Below the pieces are notes generated by a model. The model was not told the DNA's origin, made no database searches, and saw only the letters and a list, made by a program, of their open reading frames with translations. Positions 59,430 to 64,000 of a DNA stretch of 64,000 nt are shown here, in pieces. How positions within the stretch are numbered: position 1 is the stretch's first letter; every line of letters begins with the position of its first letter. A program made the position numbers and the translations under genes. The stretch is from a virus: IMG/VR virus record IMGVR_UViG_3300030103_004816. One strand, 5' to 3'.

Positions 59430-59865
59430 CTATTTCATTCAAAGCCTTTTGCAGGTTATCAGACTGACCTATTCTTACATTAATAATGCCATTATAATAT
59501 TCATCTGAAGCTAATACATTTCTTTCGAACTGCTCTTTAGCTTCTAAGTAACCAGCACTTCCTTTACTAGGACAAAAATATAATATCTCTCTTATAAATT
59601 TATCTTCCCCGAGATCCTTTACATCATTTTTTAGATGCTCAGATGAACCCCAGTAAGTTCTCCAGTCACTTTCTTTAGTTGACTTTCTTTTTCTTTTCTT
59701 ACCTTTTAAAGGTGGTCTAGTTACTTTAAACTTAGCTAATTTTTTACCAATATACTTCCTATCATTAGAAGTATTTGTTATAATATATACAAATGCCTCA
59801 CAATCTTCTGGTAATTCTTCTACTTCTTTGCCTTTATATTTCCAGACCGTCATCATAATCTTCAC
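59422..59865 (-). CDS. GIY-YIG (Seg-like) endonuclease
   Basis: FVYIITN..KYIGKK..ESDW..YWGSS..F.REIL..YYN. Confidence 0.85.
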   Translation of the reverse strand: MKIMMTVWKYKGKEVEELPEDCEAFVYIITNTSNDRKYIGKKLAKFKVTRPPLKGKKRKRKSTKESDWRTYWGSSEHLKNDVKDLGEDKFIREILYFCPSKGSAGYLEAKEQFERNVLASDEYYNGIINVRIGQSDNLQKALNEIDE

Positions 59866-59983
59866 TGTCTCTATACTCTAGCTTTTCGCCACAGCTAGGA
59901 CAAAATTTAATTTTAAAAATTTTATCTTCGTGTTGTACTTCTCCTTCGAAGTCACACTCCATACATAAAACTCTAGTAATCAT
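59834..59983 (-). CDS. Small zinc-ribbon protein
   Basis: Manual translation MITRVLCMECD..FCPSCGEKL.. (two CxxC motifs). Confidence 0.65.
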   Translation of the reverse strand: MITRVLCMECDFEGEVQHEDKIFKIKFCPSCGEKLEYRDSEDYDDGLEI

Positions 59984-60429
59984 TCCATTGTCTCCTCTAT
60001 AAATTTTCCTATAGTTTCAATATCCTGGTCACTTAGCATTGCTGCTTGAGCCCACATTGTTGAGCTCATACTTCCTACCGTTTCTCTGTTCTTGTACGCA
60101 TATAATCTTTGAGATACATATTCACTATCTCGTCCGGCCAACGCGGGGAAGACTGCCATTCCTTGGCCTTCTTGTCCATGGCACGCTGCACATCCCGCCC
60201 AAAGTCCTCTAATGGAACTATATGGGTCTTCCATTGCGGCTGCTTGTTTGGCTTGAAGGATTTCAACCACTGTACCATTTTGTTTAACATATTCTTCATA
60301 ACATTCTCCATAACAAGAGTGACCAGTACTTCTTCCGTATCCTGTATATTCTAAATCAGGATAGATTATTGTAGCAAAGAAACCAGCAATAATACCAGTT
60401 CCAAATAATACTCTTAGTAACTCACTCAT
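59980..60429 (-). CDS. Membrane-anchored class I cytochrome c (c553/c4-like)
   Basis: N-terminal TM; CAACHG..G.G...FPALAG..Y....L..Y..M..A..LSDQDI. Confidence 0.88.
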   Translation of the reverse strand: MSELLRVLFGTGIIAGFFATIIYPDLEYTGYGRSTGHSCYGECYEEYVKQNGTVVEILQAKQAAAMEDPYSSIRGLWAGCAACHGQEGQGMAVFPALAGRDSEYVSQRLYAYKNRETVGSMSSTMWAQAAMLSDQDIETIGKFIEETME

Positions 60430-61502
60430 AAACTAAATCCTTTAAACGTATCTTGATCTACGTCTTTATTTACTCCTCCTACTATATAGGAAGATATTTC
60501 TGTTTCTTGAGGAGCTACTTGAACGTCTCCTCCGCTTATCCATTTCTGAGTCCAAGGTAAAGGATTGCTTCCTCCTTTAAAGTTATGCTTTATACCAACA
60601 GCTGAACATCTCTTAGCTGCTATCCATTCTACATAATCTTTAAGAACACTAGCATTTAATCCTATCATTGACCCACCTTTAAATAAATAGTCAGCCCATT
60701 TCTTTTCTTGATCAACTACTTCTTTAAATATTTCTAAGACCTCATCCTCTGATTGCTTAGCTATTCTAGCCATCTGAGGATCATCTTTAACGATTAGTTT
60801 AAGTATAGATGTAGTAGATCCTAAATGTAAATTTTCATCTCTACATATAAATTTAATTATCTTAGCATTTCCTTCCATCTTTTTAAGTTCAGCAAATGCC
60901 CAGCTACAAGCAAACGATACATAGAATCTAACACCCTCTAAGGCGTTTACTGCATTTAAGCATAACCATAGAGATTTTTTGTGCTCTAAAGTCCCGTATC
61001 TTCTGGGATCTTCATTGTAACTTATTAGATCATCATAGTAACGTGAAATACTGTCAGAGCATTCAGTTATCTCTTTTATATTAAGCATGTTATCAAATAC
61101 AACAGAAGGGTCGGAATAGATATTCCTAATAATATGCGTATAAGATCTACTATGAATCGTTTCAGAAAAGGACCAAGTCTCAATCCAAGTTTCGAGCTCA
61201 GGAAGTGAGACGATAGGTAAGAACGCCATATTAGGAGCTCTGCCTTGAACAGAGTCAAGTAAAATTTGCCTTTTAAGATTAGAAGTGAAAATATGTTGTT
61301 CTGCATCAGATAAGTCCTTAAAGTCTTTATTATCTCGTAAGATATCAACTTCTTCTGGACGCCAAAAGAAGCCTAGTTGTTTATCGGTAAATTTGTCAAG
61401 CTGTGGATATTTTAACTCATCATATCGAGCAATATCCACGCTTCCATCAAAGAACATCGCTCTGTCCTTAGAATTATTTTTGTTTATTTTGAAAACGGAC
61501 AT
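60426..61502 (-). CDS. nrdB: Ribonucleotide reductase class Ia beta subunit
   Basis: FFWRPEE, LLDSVQGR, ETIHSRSY, LEGVRFY, RDENLH, VAPQETEISSY. Confidence 0.98.
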   Translation of the reverse strand: MSVFKINKNNSKDRAMFFDGSVDIARYDELKYPQLDKFTDKQLGFFWRPEEVDILRDNKDFKDLSDAEQHIFTSNLKRQILLDSVQGRAPNMAFLPIVSLPELETWIETWSFSETIHSRSYTHIIRNIYSDPSVVFDNMLNIKEITECSDSISRYYDDLISYNEDPRRYGTLEHKKSLWLCLNAVNALEGVRFYVSFACSWAFAELKKMEGNAKIIKFICRDENLHLGSTTSILKLIVKDDPQMARIAKQSEDEVLEIFKEVVDQEKKWADYLFKGGSMIGLNASVLKDYVEWIAAKRCSAVGIKHNFKGGSNPLPWTQKWISGGDVQVAPQETEISSYIVGGVNKDVDQDTFKGFSL

Positions 61503-62404
61503 TTTATTCCTCTTGTATATGGGTTTTTATTTACTCCAAAAGTTACATCATTCTTAAATCTTTGCCAATGTTGATGAGCACCGGGCATCGGTCCCCAATT
61601 ATTATTGTGTCTCAAGACATTAGAATAACGTATTTCATCGTCTAGATAAGCGTACCATCCGTATAGATCTACATTAGACCCTTTACTATATAACTGATAA
61701 TCATCTAGGTTCATAGTAGGAGGTACTATCTGCATAGTATCAATCTGCGTTAAGTCAGTTGATCCTAATACTTCAAAGTTTTGAACCTTTTTGAATTCAA
61801 AATAAGGCTCATATTTCATTTGGGCATCATTGAAATTTTCAACCCGCTTAATATATAGCTGATGAAATTCTTGAGTATGCAAAGGAAAGTCATCTTTTAC
61901 ATATAATTTATGATATGGAGATGGCCCGTCATAATCTCCTTTATATTTTAACCAATCTATTTTAGTAGGAGTAATTTTATCAAGCATTCCTTGTCTATGA
62001 ATATTAAGACTTATATCATATATAAACTCATCATAAACATTATGGCCAAAGATCTCATGTATAATTATATCAGCTTCTGGAAAATCTATTTCTCTAGCAT
62101 CTCCTAAAATAAACTCAACATTATCAAAATCTGCTAGCATAACTTTAGCTACATTTAAATATTGCTTAACAAAGTCGATACAATATACTTTCTTAGCTCC
62201 GTATTTAAGAGCTAGATATCCCATAACTCCTGGTCCAGTTCCTAGATCTACTATAACTTTACCTTTAGCATGCTTTTTAAAATAGTTTTCATATGCATGC
62301 ATCTTTTCATCATCTAAGCAGCATCTGAATTCCCAGCAAGCAACTTGCTCTGGATCCCATTTTTCTCTTTTTACATTAGATTTTGCAGGCATCGCAATCA
62401 TCAT
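61484..62404 (-). CDS. Class I SAM methyltransferase, PRMT/PrmA-like
   Basis: VDLGTGPG..GAKKVYCID..DIIIHEIFG....DE. Confidence 0.8.
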   Translation of the reverse strand: MMIAMPAKSNVKREKWDPEQVACWEFRCCLDDEKMHAYENYFKKHAKGKVIVDLGTGPGVMGYLALKYGAKKVYCIDFVKQYLNVAKVMLADFDNVEFILGDAREIDFPEADIIIHEIFGHNVYDEFIYDISLNIHRQGMLDKITPTKIDWLKYKGDYDGPSPYHKLYVKDDFPLHTQEFHQLYIKRVENFNDAQMKYEPYFEFKKVQNFEVLGSTDLTQIDTMQIVPPTMNLDDYQLYSKGSNVDLYGWYAYLDDEIRYSNVLRHNNNWGPMPGAHQHWQRFKNDVTFGVNKNPYTRGIKCPFSK

Positions 62405-64000
62405 CCTCTAAAGGGTCATCCTGACTCACGTAAGGGTGAGCTGGTTCTTCAAAATCATCACTGGCTCCATCAAACGTGTTAAAGTAGTATAGCTGTTTGC
62501 CGCCATACTTATAAAACATTAACATATGTTGAAGCATTAAACTCATAGGTATCTTTTCATCATTAAAATAAACAGGATTATAAGATGTATTTACGCTTAT
62601 GCCTTGATCAATATATTTCTGTAGTACTGCCATTATTTTTAAGTAGCCTTCAGGTGATTTTTGATCCCATAGAAGTTCATACTTATTTTTAAGATGATGA
62701 ATACCTGGTACTACTTGCTTCAATATTCCATCTTTACTCTGCTTAACTGATATAAGAGCTCTTGGAGGTTCAATACCATTAGTAGAACTAGATACTTGAC
62801 TAGAAGTTTCTGAAGGCATTAGAGCCATAAGAGTACTATTAGTTATACCAGTTTCTTTTAACTGCTTTCTTAACTTAACCCAAGGCAATCTTTCTTTGTG
62901 AGGTACTAATTCATCTACATCTTTCTTATAAGTCATATTAGGAGTTATACCTTGGCCATATTTTGTTTGATCATTACCTGGGCAATTACCTTTTTCTTTA
63001 GCTAAGTCAGCTGATGCTTTTATTAGATAGTATGACCAAGCTTCTGCCCATTCATCTATTTTTTCTAGTTCAGGGTTACTATAAGTCATATTATTCTTAG
63101 CCATCCAATAAGCAAAGTTAATTATACCTACTCCTAATGGTCTTCTAAACATTGTCCCTTTCTCTGCTGCAGGGACTGGGTAGTCTTGATAGTCTAGTAA
63201 CGCATCTAAAGCTCTTACTGCTAACTCACAAGGCTTCTTAAAGTCTTTTGGTTCTTTTATATTACCCCAGTTTATAGCAGCTAAAGTACAAAGAGATATC
63301 TCTCCATTTTTATCATTAACATCTTCTAAAGGAGTAGTAGGTAAGTCTATCTCACAGCATAAATTGCTCATTCTAATAGGAGCTTTTTCTTTTATAAATG
63401 AGCCGTGATCGTTAGCATGATCTACATTCATTAAATATATTCTTCCAGTATCTTTTCTTTCTTGCATAAAAGCTGAAAATAGATCTATTGCTGGTATTTT
63501 CTTTTTAGGTATAGATGTCTTTCTTTCTGCTATCTCATATAGCTCTTTAAACTTCTCTTGATCTGCAAAGAAAGGCTCATATATTTCAGGAACATCAGAA
63601 GGAGAGAATAAAGTTATATCTTCTCCATTTAATAACCTTTCATAAAATAATTTATTAAACTGCACTCCATAATCTAAATGACGAATTCTATTATTCTCAG
63701 TACCTTTATTATTTTTAAGCACTAATAAGTCTTCTACTTCATAATGCCATATAGGATAATATAGAGTAGCTGCTCCTCCTCTTACTCCGCCTTGAGAACA
63801 AGATCTAACAGCTGATTGAAAATGTTTATAGAAAGGAATAACTCCAGTATGAGTAGCATGACCTCCATTTATAGGAGAACCTAAAGCTCTTATCCTTCCT
63901 GCTCCTATACCTATTCCAGCTCTCTTACTTACATACTTTACTATAGAGCTAGCAGTAGCATTTATACTCTCTAAACTATCATCTGTTTCTATAAGTACAC
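62376..64000 (-). CDS. nrdA: Ribonucleotide reductase class Ia alpha subunit (start lies outside the window)
   Basis: SNLCCEI, CTL, MPSETSS, TNGIEP, DQGIS, LYY and C-terminal CDAC; the frame continues upstream (CSQGGVRGG) to the window edge. Confidence 0.98.
   Translation of the reverse strand, partial: VLIETDDSLESINATASSIVKYVSKRAGIGIGAGRIRALGSPINGGHATHTGVIPFYKHFQSAVRSCSQGGVRGGAATLYYPIWHYEVEDLLVLKNNKGTENNRIRHLDYGVQFNKLFYERLLNGEDITLFSPSDVPEIYEPFFADQEKFKELYEIAERKTSIPKKKIPAIDLFSAFMQERKDTGRIYLMNVDHANDHGSFIKEKAPIRMSNLCCEIDLPTTPLEDVNDKNGEISLCTLAAINWGNIKEPKDFKKPCELAVRALDALLDYQDYPVPAAEKGTMFRRPLGVGIINFAYWMAKNNMTYSNPELEKIDEWAEAWSYYLIKASADLAKEKGNCPGNDQTKYGQGITPNMTYKKDVDELVPHKERLPWVKLRKQLKETGITNSTLMALMPSETSSQVSSSTNGIEPPRALISVKQSKDGILKQVVPGIHHLKNKYELLWDQKSPEGYLKIMAVLQKYIDQGISVNTSYNPVYFNDEKIPMSLMLQHMLMFYKYGGKQLYYFNTFDGASDDFEEPAHPYVSQDDPLEDDDCDACKI

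Noticed and set aside
1646-61557. Many short antisense or nested ORFs (e.g. 1646-1837, 4452-4697, 16961-17356, 27466-27849, 46864-47361, 48847-49374, 60075-60311, 61076-61348)
   Set aside because: They are shadows of well-supported genes, with no RBS or recognisable motifs.
1-64000. tRNA, rRNA, integrase, transposase, reverse transcriptase/DGR, or intron/intein in nrdA/nrdB
   Set aside because: No hallmarks found by eye; the nrd frames are continuous in the visible part. tRNAscan-SE was not run.

Overview
About 64 kb of an AT-rich T4-like myophage genome, probably marine. The curli, cytochrome c and bS21 genes suggest a proteobacterial host (inference). 1-19.7 kb is the baseplate/tail module (VrlC-like, gp8, 7, 6, 25, 5, 27-like, 53, 48, 4, 2, 54/19-like, 26, 51, tape measure). 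19.7-22.6 kb holds gp32, gp59, gp33 and a lysozyme. 22.7-29.8 kb is a curli (CsgF/CsgG/curlin)-FecR-CHASE2 adenylate cyclase operon. 29.8-40.6 kb and 46.3-64 kb hold accessory and metabolic genes: carbamoyltransferase, SGNH-like proteins, seven 2OG-Fe(II)/JmjC oxygenases, four glycosyltransferases, bS21, PhoH, RNase H, glutaredoxin, cytochrome c and NrdA/B. The most unusual part is the 42.8-46.3 kb island. It contains (i) 799 nt of + strand with no cytosine at all (44393-45191), carrying small acidic genes with their own promoters and RBSs, preceded by a G-depleted gene; (ii) a ~645-nt ORF-less structured RNA with its own promoter and terminator and an anti-Shine-Dalgarno loop; (iii) a ~210-nt GGAGAC-repeat small RNA; and (iv) six repeated orphan promoters plus Fur-box-like palindromes. 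A likely -1 frameshift joins gp26 to gp51. All protein calls come from motif recognition and gene order; no database search was run.
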